A stretch of DNA of 62,493 bases, the filler included, from Choristocarpus tenellus KU-1152 (lineage: Eukaryota > Protista > Phaeophyceae): the NCBI GenBank assembly GCA_964200185.2. It is 12 parts of 12 records of this genome, joined end to end, with 100 filler letters (N's around TTAATTAATTAA, not from the genome) between each part and the next. Parts side by side here need not be neighbours in the genome. Positions count along the whole stretch, not along the records: positions 21,274 to 26,516 come from CAXNAD020011376.1; positions 26,617 to 36,123 come from CAXNAD020003621.1; positions 36,224 to 41,986 come from CAXNAD020009809.1; 9 more parts are not named here. One strand, written 5' to 3'. The position numbers and the translations under genes are program-made. A model generated the notes under the pieces. The model ran no database searches and had not been told where the DNA came from. It saw nothing but the letters and a program-made list of their open reading frames with translations. Positions 25,750 to 39,012 of this stretch are shown in pieces. Positions within the stretch are counted from its first letter, which is position 1. Every line of letters begins with the position of its first letter.

Positions 25750-26160
25750 TGTTACAGGCGAATAGCGCGAGCGTTTCTTCTTGTGTTCCAACGAAGTGCG
25801 AGCATTTGTTACAGGCGAATAATAGCGCGAGCATTTCTTCCCATGTTTTAGCAAACATGAACATTTGTGACAGACGTGTAAGTGTGAGGATTGTTTCTCG
25901 CGTTCTAACAAGTGCGAACAATATACGATATTAGTAACACATAGGTAGCCTTACAGAATAAATGATGATTTGATAGGAGATGCAGAGTAAGATTTGAAAT
26001 TCAAACATAGTCTTACAGAATAGATGTCAATTCCTGGAAGTTGCAGAATATAGATTTATGATTGAAGTATCTACTTAGCAGTTTACATACTTCATTTAAC
26101 TCTTTGGCTGTAGAAGAATGGTGAATTATGTTAATAGAGGCTAGTGTGGATTACCACGCC
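25750..26160 (-). repeat. Repeat family E, copy 2, with internal gttacaggcgaatagcgcgagc subrepeats
   Basis: Reverse-complement match to 21528-21800; subrepeats at ~25750 and ~25808. Confidence 0.8.
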
Positions 26161-26616
26161 CTCGGTTCCTTTTTGATGTTACCTCTTTTGATAAAGCGAA
26201 AAGCGAGACATGACTGACCTAGCATCAAGCTGATACTGTACGTGGTTATCATATTTGGACCCCCCTTGTAGCGTCGTTTTAAGGTCGTTGAATCTGAGTC
26301 GCATTCTGTGGAGGTGAGTTCTGAGGAGCACCTGTAACATACCTTCCTGTTCCCACATAGCCATACACATAGTCTGCCAGATTTTCTAAATATTATCTGT
26401 TGAAATCCGCTCTGTCGAATCCTTTCTACTATATACTCAATATAGGTGCTGGTAGAAACAACCTGGTCGAAACTGGGTCAAAGTATCTGGGGGGGGTGCC
26501 GGCGTCCGTTTTTCACNNNNNNNNNNNNNNNNNNNNNNNNNNNNNNNNNNNNNNNNNNNNTTAATTAATTAANNNNNNNNNNNNNNNNNNNNNNNNNNNN
26601 NNNNNNNNNNNNNNNN

Positions 26617-26688
26617 CATACATACATACATACATACATACATACATACATACATACATACATACATACATACATACATACATACATA
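26617..26688. repeat. (CATA)n microsatellite
   Basis: Direct reading, at contig start. Others: (AC)n 28963-29020 (overlaps a splice donor) and (GA)n 41744-41785. Confidence 0.97.
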
Positions 26689-26847
26689 ATATGCATATCC
26701 TTGTAATCATTCTTCATTCATTCACTATAATAGAACATTCTTGAACAGGATCATCTCTTTGCTCTGTGCATAACAATTGTGAGACACACATGTGGGAGAG
26801 ATAGTCAATATTCCTCCTGAAGCCTGCAACTTCGTATGATATCTTAC

Positions 26848-28959
26848 AAATAGCTAGATTGAGGTGCTATTTCCTCTTTCATAGTTTGGAACTCTCTCAT
26901 CACGACATTGATTTGAAGTGACACAGGTTTGACAGTAGGAGTAATTTCCTCCACTGTCATCGCTGTTCTACCTCTCCCTCGTTTCTCCCCACATAATGCT
27001 GATATGTCTCCCTCGTCTGTCTGAGTCATAGACATGAAGGCAACTGCAAGACTTCCCAACACAACAACAAGGTTTTTCTCAAATGCCTTCTGAAATGTTC
27101 CTAGCCATGCTGATATCAAGGGTCCCATATGGTATGTCTGAACAGTACCAACCCAATGAATGTCCTCTAAGCTACTTTATAGCAAGAAATTGATATTCTG
27201 TACATATCCTGTACATATCCCTGTTCTTACTATTCTATATCATGTTAGGAATCATACCTCTCTCCTCCTCCCTCCACTATACACTTTCTTTGATGCCTAT
27301 GACAAATCCCACAATGTGATTGGAGTTTTAACATTCATGCCAAAGTATTCATTGTATTCCCCAACTTCCCTCACCTGTACGACTAGATCTCTCACACCAA
27401 AGCGACCAAAAAAGAAGGCAGCAAGGAAAAAAGGCATACGAAGTCCGGATAGTCCAATTGCACCTTGCTCTTTATCATTCCCCTTATCTGACCTACTGCT
27501 GCCACACTCAGCAGGGAGCGACTTTCTCCCCCGAGCATTGCAGCTTTGTGAACCCTGCATCATAGAGAACATCATCATTAATGAGACCTAAGATGTCCAG
27601 TCTATTCACATGTGCCTTTAGATAGATGTGTCTTTTCGGCAATATAAGTTCCTCCTGAATTGCGATGGTTTCATAACCTTGAAAATAGAGTCAGCTCAAG
27701 CTTTTCACCACTATAAGTACGTGGTTGTGATTGCAGCAAACACATGACTCCTAGCCCTAAATAAAAAAAATATCTCTCTTCAATCCCCTGCAATTGCAGG
27801 AAGAGATCTAAGAAAGAGCAAACACACTTGAGGTCCAGATTATTGAGCACATTAGTTCTTCGCACTAGACACCATGCAGAACCCATCAATTTGTCAAGAC
27901 ACCAGAGGAAACCTTCTGCCCCACCGAATTCCAAAATGGAGACCAAAAACGCCACAACACCTTCGACCCACTCTAGCAATGAAAGCAAAGTGATCAAAAT
28001 TCTACAGTGAACGCATCTTAAGTGCATTCATCCGGAGGGCAATGGTTTATCGTCTACAGTTCACACTGCTCAATACTCCAAATGCCTAAGGTAAAGGGTT
28101 CATTTTTGACCCAAGCTTTTATTTTCTACTGTTCCTGGCTTATACTTTGAAGTATCTAGGAGAAAAAAATATTACATGAGAGTAGATTATTCAACCTACA
28201 ATGTCATCACTAACTTCCTTGGCCTGCTGAAGACACCAACGATCCAGGTCAGTGAGTTGCTCTCTTTCTTGAGATGCCGCCACTGTAAGCATCATCTCGC
28301 AGCACCACCCAGACAACCATAAAAAAATTGTCAAAAGAACGGGCATTATGAAAAGCATGGTAAGGCCTTGGCTAAGGCCATTTCATTGTGAAGGGATTTC
28401 CTAGTTTAGTGCCCATGTCTTTCTTTCTTTTTCAGAAGCAAATTAGTGTTCTAGGAAGCTTCTGAGGGCTTTCCACATGTCGCCTACTTTAGAGTACGAT
28501 AGGGGTCATGGAGATTTGAGTGGTAGTGCATCCTACTGGCTCAGGGTGATGCAAAGGCTATTTTATCAGTATCAAATATATTATAGAGCTCTTTGCCATG
28601 TCCCCCCACCTCTCACCTAGTTTGACCTTCCTTCCCAACACCTTGTAGAGGATTGGAACTGTTATTCTTGAAGTGTAAAGTTCTTCTTTCCTCTAGTCTC
28701 CCTCTTCTTCTTTCTCTACTCCCAAATCCATCCCACCTGATCCTCTACCCCCAACTCATTTTCCAGCACCCCCCGGTTGTTATTGCCAACACAAGCAACA
28801 ATTTTCTTCACACAGATGCATAGATATATAATACTATGGAGACATGGTAGGAGATATTGTAGGATAAGCGATCCTAATGGCTGAAAGCTAATTCTAGGTC
28901 ATGGCGCATGTGTGAATGCTGTTCTCCTCTGCACCTATCTCCCCAATCTCACCAAGGTA

Positions 28960-29022
<63 letters not shown>

Positions 29023-31622
29023 GCTCTGGTATGTTCTAGGTTGCGTTGAGCCTTGATACCTCCAGCAGCAGTGTCTGCATCTGCTTTCCATGCTGAGTCC
29101 AGCACTTCCTCACAAATTCGTAACAGCCAGACTGGCGGTCGAGAACGGGGCCTCAGGCCACTTTTTACATCCACCATCGTCAGCCCAACCGCCTCACACA
29201 CCTGGAAATACCTGAAGGATTGCTTCTAATTTGTTGTTTTGGTAGCCCAGATACTATTTCGAACATATTCATATCGCTGTTTCCAAGGGTCAAGAGCAGG
29301 GTTCAGGGGGACTAAAAAGCCAGTAATATCGATGAGGCAGCTATCCAAGGATGTCAATAGCCTAGCAAAGGGTGTGACTCTGGTCAAGAAAAAAATTGGA
29401 GTTGAGTTGTAGAACCAATACCAAATGCTGTGTCTACCTAGGAACGGCTCACTAGCACAATATTGTCGTCACTTCGTTGTCACCACTTCATTCTCACCTA
29501 GACAGTATTGTAGAGAGGAAGGTTTCTCCATGAAACGTCTCCCCTTTAATCCTTGTGCCTTTTTCATGTCCCCTGGACCAGGTCTCCTTCCCATCCCTCT
29601 TGTTGGGCCATTTAGATGCCATACCTAACCCCTCCCTAATACCGCCTGACTGGCTCCCAGGACAGTCACTGTTGTCCTCGTTCAGAGCTCTATGCCGAAC
29701 TTTAACCGGTGGACTATGATTTTCTTCGTGGCAAAAACTTGATCTGCAATCTAATGATTCAGAGAACCCTCCAGCAGACAAGCTTGAGTCACATTCAGCC
29801 TCTATGCCACGGTCTGTGTGATTCTCGCTGCCTTCTCCCTCTCTACAGAAACGTTTACCCAGAATTTGCTGGGGTTTACCAGTTTCTACCCAAGCCCTTG
29901 AAAATTCTCCCCTACTTGAAGGCGGTGGCTTAGGGGATGCGGCAAGAACTAGGGATGCCTCCTTAAAACTTCTGTGCCTGTAAACATCATGTCCCATCAT
30001 GTTATCTTTTGAACCCGAAGTCATTTCCAACCGCTGTCTATCAACTCCCTCTATCACTCCACTATTGCCACTTTTGAGTCTCTTGTTCCCTCCTGTAACA
30101 AATCCAGCATTGGGGCTTTTTTCTGATATCTGCCCCAACCCCAACCCAGAATTTTCCATTTTTTCTTCCCTCGCCTGAATTTGTGCTCCAGTCACAAAAT
30201 TCGTTCGCTTGAGGTCCTCTTTCCTTTTCCCCTCCTGAGATACCGAGAGCATTATTTCCCTTGGACTGAGATCTGCAGCCCCAATATATTTTTCAGGAGT
30301 GGCCTTTGCAACACCAGTGCGACTGTCCCTATTGTTAACACTGAAAGAAGGGTCTGAGGAGGACATCACCATCTCTTTGTTGTAATTTATGCTACCAATA
30401 TGCAATGGTGAGCACCCCCCTCCCCCTTTCCGGAAGAGGTAACTTGATTGAAACAGTTCCAAAGCAGTGAGTGCCTCTTGGTTAGATGGTGCAAGACTGG
30501 CGTCAGAGGGATTTCCCCGCTGTCCAAAGGCAACGACAGTTAAGGTTGTGGCCCATGCCATGCATTACTGATTAGTTCAGGGGAGGGATTGGGGCCAAGG
30601 AACTGTTTGGAGCTATAATAAACAATGGTGATTCTTGGTGTTGATTATCACAATATGGAACATCTTGAGCCCGTACATTTACTAAGGCATGTGTAAGCAT
30701 CACAAAACATGCAAAACAGGAGGAAGGAGCTTATTTCTCCTGAGAATAACCATGGTATTATCAACATATCTAAAGCACCTAACACGGATCTCTGAGTGCT
30801 TGAGAAAGGGTGTTGGTGTTTCGACTTCTAGACTGTGTGACACAATGAAAACCTCACAAATTTCAGATGGCCTTTGTCTCTAAGCACCTAACGCAGGTAG
30901 AATTCAGACAAAGGCAGATTGCCTTGACAAAGATAAACTAAAGATATTCCATTATGAGTTCAGGCATGCTTAAATCCGAAGGGTGAGGCCCTCAACAGGG
31001 TGGATACACCGATTTTTTAAGGAGAGAGAGTGGCAGGAGAAGAACAAATAGGCTGGTGCAGTACCTGCTTGAGGGCAATCTCGATGAAGGCCAGCTTGTC
31101 CATGTATGGAAGGAGTGTCTTTTTCTTTGCCAATTCCTTCGCATCGAGACTTGCCACTCGATCTGAGACATTCCTTTGGCCCCCATCCAATTCAGAAGCA
31201 TGCGCATCTTCGATATGAAGTTGCTTCTCATCACAAGTGTGGATGTCAGGCAATATCCACCCTCGTACATCGTTAGTTTGAGGCATGACACACTCACTGA
31301 TACGTACATCATCTACATGGTTGGGTAGTGTTGTCCGTGCAGGAACTTTGGACTGATTCGAACGTTGTTTCTTCGAAAGAATTCCACCACAATCTGGAAA
31401 TTCTCCTTTCAGTGGAGATCTTCGCTTGCTGAATTCTGGTGTATGGGACGGTTGGTATGGGCTTTCTTCTCTCGATCGTGACCTGGAGTGTGGTGAGATT
31501 GGTGCTAACAATAGTTTGATGTGTGCGGTTCTCGAGTTCGAGAAAGCCATTAACGGGTTAACTTCACAAAAGTATTTGCTAGACAACATGGCATCTCTGG
31601 TAATGTATATACTGTACATCAT
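26848..31622 (-). CDS. Uncharacterised multi-exon gene (3' end beyond contig); model exons 31622-31065, 30519-29498, 29211-29021, 28282-28200, 27554-27375, 27137-26848
   Basis: Long ORFs (355 aa, 201 aa) join through GT-AG sites into one stop-free, phase-consistent frame: ..AFIEIALKQ|RGNPSD..LSTILSR|YFQVCEAVG..PVWLLRICEEVLDSAWKAD..|..EREQLTDLDRWCLQQ..|..RMPFFLAAFFFGRFGVRDLVVQ|.. The start codon and the 27.5-28.3 kb exon boundaries are uncertain. Confidence 0.65.
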
Positions 31623-32424
31623 ACTACTCTTGACTTACTCCGTAGACTGACTGCCTCTGGCGGACGAACTAACATACCGCATCTCACACAGTTAGTCAAT
31701 ACAATACCAAGTCCGAATTTGTTTAAGGAGTTAGTTTGATGACATGCGCAGTTACCATTGTAAACAACAATATCTAATTTTCCATCTTCTTCGACGGAGA
31801 ACCTGCTTCAGCCATTGGGGATGGCTCGGGTCGTCACCCCCAGCTCATCTCACACAGGCATGCAACACTAAGGGGGTACTCTGAGGGAGCCAGGGTGATG
31901 GAATGCACAGTCACGTTTATAATCAACAATATCTGATTGCCCACCTCCGCCTTCGGGCGAGAGCCTGCTTCAGCCATCTAGCATGACTTCGGTCATCATG
32001 ATATCGTCCATTCCCGTTGGCCACCATCGCGACGAATTTCCCTGTGTTTTTCGCAGTCTGTGTTGCGTTGCCAGATCATGGGCTAGCTCACCTACTGCTG
32101 GGATAACTATTTCTTCCTAGAATAGTCATGTATTCCTCCCAGACTCTTTGGCACCAGACTTGTTCTAACCAAGATATCGAAAGTCGTAATAGATACAGTG
32201 GTACAGTACATTATTGGGGTTAGTTTTGAAACGGTTTCAGAAACGCTACGATTGGTATTTTCTGCTTCCAGAAAATCTTCTCCACAGTAATTAGTACGTA
32301 TCTTTGTCCTACCGAGAATGGCAGAGTGAAGTGCCTAATTCTGTGCTTACAACTCATTTCAGTGTTAACAAAGAACTACAGTTCTGATTCGTGGACTTTC
32401 GGGTGCCAAGGTCAAAACCGTATC

Positions 32425-33167
32425 ATGTCGACCTGGGGGATCGATGTCCTCAGCAACCTGGCCAAATCAACCCCGCTAGAAGATGTGAGAGACGAATTTC
32501 CACGTCAGGGTGATAAAGGATTGAACTACTCGCAGGTGATGGCTCTATCGTAAAGTGTAGTTGGAACCTTTCCCCTCTACTAGCAACTCTCTCATGGTAA
32601 CTTGGTCATAAAATTATTCTTTTTCGTCGCGTAGTGGTGTATTCATCAGAGGTGAATACTCCCAAGATGGTTCGGAGATGTATTCCAGAGTTGAGCCTTC
32701 GGTCAGCGTTGCGCATATGGACATAACTTCTGCCAAAACCTAAGTTGTTCGAGGTTGGGGCTTCCTTGTCCTTGTGAACGTAACTTAGAGACTTTACAAC
32801 CTACCGTCACAACCGTCACAGGACAAACTCAGAGGAGTGGAGTCGGTTGGCACGATTATAAACTGCACCGAGGAAAGAAATATTTGTTTAAATTATTCTT
32901 GCGACTTAGAGTCTGCAAGAGATCTCCCTCTTGGAGGTTAGGCCTATTTGATTCTCACATCTCGTGCATAGCAAAAAACTCCTTCTTCTTCCATACATGT
33001 TATGATTCACTGCCCAGTTTGTGGCAATGCTTCGAAAGTTTGCACGGAAGGACCTGCATGGAGGTAAAGGGGGGGACGAGGCAGGCATGGCAAAGAAATC
33101 AGTGGGCGTCTTCAAACAGATGGATATCAGGGGGGACGGGGAGGTCTGTTGGGAAGACTTTGCGACG
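32425..33167 (+). CDS. EF-hand protein, 5' exons 32425-32535 and 33018-33167 (resembles the N-terminus of EF-hand/WD40 proteins)
   Basis: MSTWGIDVLSNL..VRDEF..GLNYSQ|FVAMLRKF..VFKQMDIRGDGEVCWEDFAT has an EF-hand-like loop (DxxGDGxVxWEDF); phase-0 GT-AG intron. Downstream exons not resolved. Confidence 0.75.
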
Positions 33168-35109
33168 GTGAGACAATGTATTTATTGCAGCACAGTAGAA
33201 AGGTCATGGAGCAACAAAGCTCTGATGCTTTATATGCCACTCAACATTAAAGGAACCAAGTATTTTGTACAGCACTTGTCGATGGCATTGGTGTTATGTT
33301 CTTCTCCTCTGAAACAAGAAAACCATTTGCTTCGCACACACAAAAAAAAAATCCTCCCGGAAGCTACCAATTTGATGTGTATCTCATTTTCAGTATGAAT
33401 CTGTTTGTTTGCTAACAAATACTCTCTCTACAGTAGTCATGCCAATAAGCAGAACTTCACACTGGACCAGGAAGCATAAAGGGGCCGGACAGTGAGCTGG
33501 CCCAGTAAGAATGAATCAAGGCTGCGAGGATTTTAATATTGGTTTGTTGTGACCGACTCAAAAACAATATAGGTCGTGGCCAGGGATTTAAACGTTGTAA
33601 TGGAACCAAACCGCGTCCCGGCTTGAACTAGATGTATATTGACAGTGTCAGGCCTATTTTCAGATTAGTTGGGCTGGACTCTGTGGTTTGCGGGTGAATG
33701 GAAAATTGTGCCTTGTTGGGTGATTTCAGCATTGAAGCAACAATGGCTTGGACAATATGTGATTCGCATTGCACAAAGACGACTAGCATACTTGTGAAAA
33801 CTAAGAATCACACAATATTCTTCGTACTATTCAATTTATCATTTTTTATATAATGCTGGATGAACAATAAAACTTTGGGTCATCTCCTCATATTCTCCTT
33901 AGAATAATTCCACTGAGTCAGAGGGCCTGCCTTTCTGTGTATTACGTTTAAACTGCTTCTTCATACATTGTACAACAGTTATTAATAGCTAAAATATAAA
34001 TCACACCAAACTCTTTGCCCAACTTTACTCTGCTGGGAGGAAGAAATGTCTACCCAGGATTCCTTCCATCAATGTCTCCATCTCTTTGTCGCCTTATCAT
34101 GCGGTAAGATCTTCTTGGTATGAGGTTCCCCACGCACTTCATCTTCTTTGCATGTAGAGCAAGTTGCAAATTTCAGTGTGTAAGGAAAAAGCTTGCAACG
34201 TTTCTCTGGCCTGACATATTGCACCATCAAAATCGTGGGACAGTCTTGCAAACATCGCTAGTAAAGACAATTATGCAGGCTGCCACCAATACCTTTCCTG
34301 CCTCATCTTCCTTCAGAGTAGCCTTCTCCTTCCACTACTGGAGGTTTTATCTCCATCATTCTTCACCTGTCCCTCCACCACATGTATGTTGTTTGCTCAG
34401 CCAGGGCAAGCAAACACTTAACGTATTGGGAAGGACGTTGCACACCTCCTTCTTCCTAATAATCCCCGTTGCATGTCATTTTCTGCATGCCAAACGTACA
34501 GAATTAAATCCTACCTCAAAGAAAACGGTCAATAGTACCTGCTCTACTCTAGATAGGTTCTTCTTTGAGGTCAGGGATGAAGAGGTCACAACAACGGTAA
34601 CAGAAACGGAGTATGTTAGAATCTGATGATATAGCCACAACTACCATGCTCATCTTCCCCTTTCACATTCGAGTTCATCATTGAGGAGATCCCCTTAGCT
34701 CCAGCTCAGCGATAGCCCCAATACTCAACTATATATCCCCACCAATGCATTTCACTGTGCTACAATTCTTGCTTTGCAAATCTAGAAAGAGAGTCAGTTG
34801 CTCTACTGGGAGATTTGCCTTGCCCAGATTGTGATCTTTGAAATCTTCTGAAGTAACCTATAGTATCTTTTGTGCTGTCTCCATGAGTTGCAACACCAAT
34901 GCACTTCCAAAAGGAATATCATCAATGCCAACTGCAGCTGCTATGATCGGGTGTCACTCCTCCTTTTAGATGCTGATAAGATTCGTCATAAGGGAGGTTC
35001 ATTGGCCACCACAGCAATTACCCTCACCCTGGCTGCATGTTGTGATGTTTGTTGACGGCTCCATAAGAATGACATGTTCATGGAAGACGACTCATTCTTC
35101 ACCACTGAT

Positions 35110-35366
35110 GAGTGAAAGTATCTTAGAGGGTATGAGTTTGCCCTGTTTGTCCATTTGGGGCTTGGCATCCATGGGGGTTTTTATAACATTTTCCTACTCC
35201 AAAATGTTTCGGAGTAGGTGAAATGTGTAAGTTATGAAAAGGTGTGTCTGGAACAAGGATACTGGCACTTCCTAACAAACACGATAGCCAAAATTACATC
35301 AAAATCGCAACATTGGATTTTGACTCCCAAATGGACGCGCCCCTACCCTCTAAGATACTTTGGCTC
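35110..35366 (+). mobile_element. MITE family B, full copy, TSD TGAT/TGAG
   Basis: gagtgaaagtatcttagagggta...taccctctaagatactttggctc. Confidence 0.92.
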
Positions 35367-35881
35367 TGAGATAACTCGTAATTTTCTCGGTGTGTTACTC
35401 AAAGTAGGTGCTGATACCAAAGAAATTTACAGAACAGTTCTATGTTAACTTGCAATGATCTGGCGTAAATTAACGTTATTGAAATTAACATATATATATA
35501 TATACCCCAGGGCTTCGTGCTAGGTACATATTGGAATTAAACACAAATTAATCGAATAAAGAGTTAGAGTAGTTAACATATTTCTATCAGGGTCGGCACA
35601 GGGTACGAAATGGCATTTGCAAGGACTTAAACTGTGCTTTAGCAGGACTGGGCAAGGGCGTAAAATACCTTAACAGGAACCCAGAGCCTGTCAGAATGGT
35701 CCAGTCAAAATGTCCAGCGAATTCCCTACCCGGTATAAATCCTGTTAAAAAATGATTAACAGGATCAAGCACTTCATGCTACATGAGCCACCTGCAATAA
35801 TACCTGGATGAGGAGTCCCAAATTGTTTCTTAGATGATGAATATAAAATATAGATCGCAGCACATACAGTGTATCACTGTT

Positions 35882-36123
35882 GAGTGAAAGTATCTTAGAG
35901 GGTACGAGTTTAGCCCTGTTTGTCCATTTGGGGCTTGGCTTCCCATGGGTTCTATTATGATATTTTCTTACTCCAAAATGTTTAGGAGTAGGTAAAGCGT
36001 ATACATTCTGAAAGGTCGTGTCCAGAACATGGATATTGACACTTCCTAACAAACACGATAGCCAAAATTACATCAAAATTGCAAAGTTGGATTTTGGTCC
36101 CCAAATAGACGCGGCTCTACCCT
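35882..36123 (+). mobile_element. MITE family B, cut by contig end
   Basis: Same left TIR and interior as the copy at 35110. Confidence 0.9.
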
Positions 36124-36559
36124 NNNNNNNNNNNNNNNNNNNNNNNNNNNNNNNNNNNNNNNNNNNNTTAATTAATTAANNNNNNNNNNNNNNNNNNNNN
36201 NNNNNNNNNNNNNNNNNNNNNNNCACACAAAGCAAAATACTCTACTTGAGTAGCTCTCTTTTGCATAAGACCCACGATTATATAGGCATCCAAACGAAAT
36301 CGCTGTGGGCATTGGGCCAATTGGTAATATTTCCAGAATTTTCAACCTGGAGGATTTGTTACTTATTTCCGTTTATTGAATCAGTTCTTACTGGATAATC
36401 GTGATTAATGGTCCCATCAATAGTCCGTGGCCTGTGAGCAGGGCATAACCACAACAAGACAATTATCTCCCACCTGGTGAGGGTTCCGTCCGGAGGCAAA
36501 AAATATATATGCCAACTCTAATCCCGCTTTGCTTTCCTCGTAAAGCTGGACCAGAGTGC

Positions 36560-38060
36560 CGTATATGTTAGCCAGCAAAGAGGTAAGACTTTCAGCAAAG
36601 CATTTTGCTCTGGATTACACAATATACCGCCTTTGACTTGTGATGTCCTGTTGGTGGTCTAAGGCACGCACTGATGATTCACAGCAACAATGAAACAAGC
36701 ATGCGTAACTCAAAATCGCTTCATTCCTTCGGTTACTGGATGGAATGAAAGAATCCCGGGTCATTGACGTTGAGGTCTGTTGAATTGGCTGGCTGGGTCT
36801 CTATGATAATGCCATTCCCCGCTGCCTCCTAAATTACCTACATGATCCCCCCCATAGTGTGTGGCTTTGCCCTGTCCTGCTGCACGATGATGATATGTCC
36901 TCCTGGCCTAGTCATGTGGACCCTGATTGTCGGGATGACATCCTATATCATGAGTTTCTTATACCCCTCCTTGTTCACTGTGGCACAAGCACCTCGGTGC
37001 CCTTGGGATGGTGTTTGCGGGAGCGCTGATCGTCCTTAGTGTCCACGATCGATTAGATCCCGATTTTCCCATCGCCCCACACCCTGTTGGAGAGCTTCCT
37101 AGGGCAGGCCACAACAGCAAGGAACATCACCTTCATAACGTACCACTTATTCTGAGCCTGTGGAGGGTTGGGGGGGTGCTCAGTGGGGTGCAGGTACATA
37201 CCTTGCCCATCTTTGAGGATGTGAAACAACCTCTCATCCACATGCTCCCAGTCATACAGATCATCCACTACTACCATACTTTCCCTCCTTCTGTGCATGT
37301 AGAGGATGATGAAACCCACCTTGTTGACTTTCTGTTTGTCCGAGAGTACTGACTTAATCCATCGCTCGACCTTCACCATTTTACGATTGTACAGAGATCC
37401 CACAACAAGGCAAGGGAGACCCCTGCTTTGGCCACCCATTTGCGGAAGGGTATATGGTGTACCGATGGGATATCCCAAACATCGAGAAAATATTTGTACA
37501 GCAGACACATCACCCCTTGTGACATCATACAAGGTCTCCACGCATTCATCCTATGCTATCTGGCTGTCATACTCCTTCAGATGATGGAACAAGGTGATTC
37601 GGCAAATTCCTAAGTCCTCCTCAATAACCACCACTATCCCCTGAGGCATCCGTGTCTCATGTCCTCTTGCTTCCAGGCATCGCGCGACCACACTGTCCTT
37701 CGCCTGGGTGTTTTGAGTCCTGACCCCAGACAGACTTCTGGGTTGAAGAATTGGGACCAACGGGTGATGATAGGATTAGTGAACTGGTTGAACGACAGGG
37801 GGCCTTCGCACTAGGCATCTCAATAAACAACCGCTTTGGCAGTTTCATGAGGGTCTTAAGCCCTGCCAAAATCTGACTTGGCCGACTTTGTACTGGTGAT
37901 CCTCCGCAGTCATGACAGCCCACCATCTCAAACATTGCACGCCTCCCAATCTATATATTATGAGAACTAAGCCTCGTCCAGAGGGTTGATCACTTGGGTT
38001 ATTCCCGGGCGAGAACGGAGCTTGAAAAAGTTATGCTACCTAGATTCCGAATGGAGGAAG
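36560..38060 (-). mobile_element. Degenerate Tc1/mariner transposon of the plant-like (Soymar/Stowaway-associated) type
   Basis: HVDERLF, KVMFLAVVACPR, DGKIGI, VQQDRAKPH and QPANSTDLNVNDPGFFHSIQ on the minus strand. The 5' end TA-CTTCCTCCATTCGGAA (38060, TA at 38061-62) resembles the CTCCCTCCGT TIR. Stops and frameshifts; the other TIR was not found. Confidence 0.88.
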
Positions 38061-39012
38061 TACACTATTTTGTTTTTTGTGCCCTCTGCCTTGTACGTTT
38101 AGTGTTACTCCTTGCAACCTCAAAACATGAACATCTTGAAAATGATACAACTACTGTTGCTCCTTGGGTAAAATTGATGTTATTATTGATATCAGAGACA
38201 GGTCCCCCTCCTGGGATCTCCGACACACTGATGTGGATAATGCATGCAGTCATATACTTTGAAGTATATGCATTTATGTGGGTCACCTTTTTTTGGCAAT
38301 GAGAGCAGTAAAGGTAATATGGTGTGGGTCAGATGGCTCACAGTATCCCCGACACGAATGGTGGATTCAAACCATAAACCAGCGAAGAACGGGATTGTGT
38401 TTTGTGTTGTGACTGGTTGTAACCAATTGTGGTGGAAATGGATCAACATGCTACTCTGACCCTGTCAACGTATGCCCACCATGCCCCAGTACTTCATATT
38501 TCACTTCTTTCCCAAATCTCGTCTCTGGCGGTTCTCATCAACATCCGGCACACCTAGGCGGCATAATAGTGACATACTCATGGCGATCTGTGTTGGGAGG
38601 TCACCAGGGATGTAGGGTAATGCGAAGATGGCGGACAAATGGGAATAGGGAACTACAACCAACTCAAAAGGTTGTTGACCTTGGTCAGAAAAACGAGGAG
38701 ACTTTGAGGAATAAATCACCATCAGGGAAGTGTAGGTTGAGAGGGAGGGCACTTCAATATCCCAAAACTTGTAGATTCTGACCCCTGATAACATGACGTT
38801 ACTTCTACTATACTTTACAATATTACTTAACTGAATTTTTGTCATAGTGATGTACTATGTAGATTGTGTTGGATGTGTATGAAGTATGGATAGGGGGGAA
38901 AACTAATACGTATCGCCTTCCACGTCCTATCTTCTTCTTACACACACACCTTTTCAGGGGTTGGAGTGTGATACCTGTGGCATAGACCCTTCCGAGGTTG
39001 TGCTCATCGACT

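Noticed and set aside
26848-31622. Pseudogene status for the minus-strand gene (stops near 30780, 30565 and 27510)
   Set aside because: Alternative canonical acceptors (30519, 27554) give a stop-free, phase-consistent model.
31751-31765. X-box-like GTTACCATTGTAAAC in the divergent intergenic region
   Set aside because: Imperfect match, and RFX factors are not established in stramenopiles.
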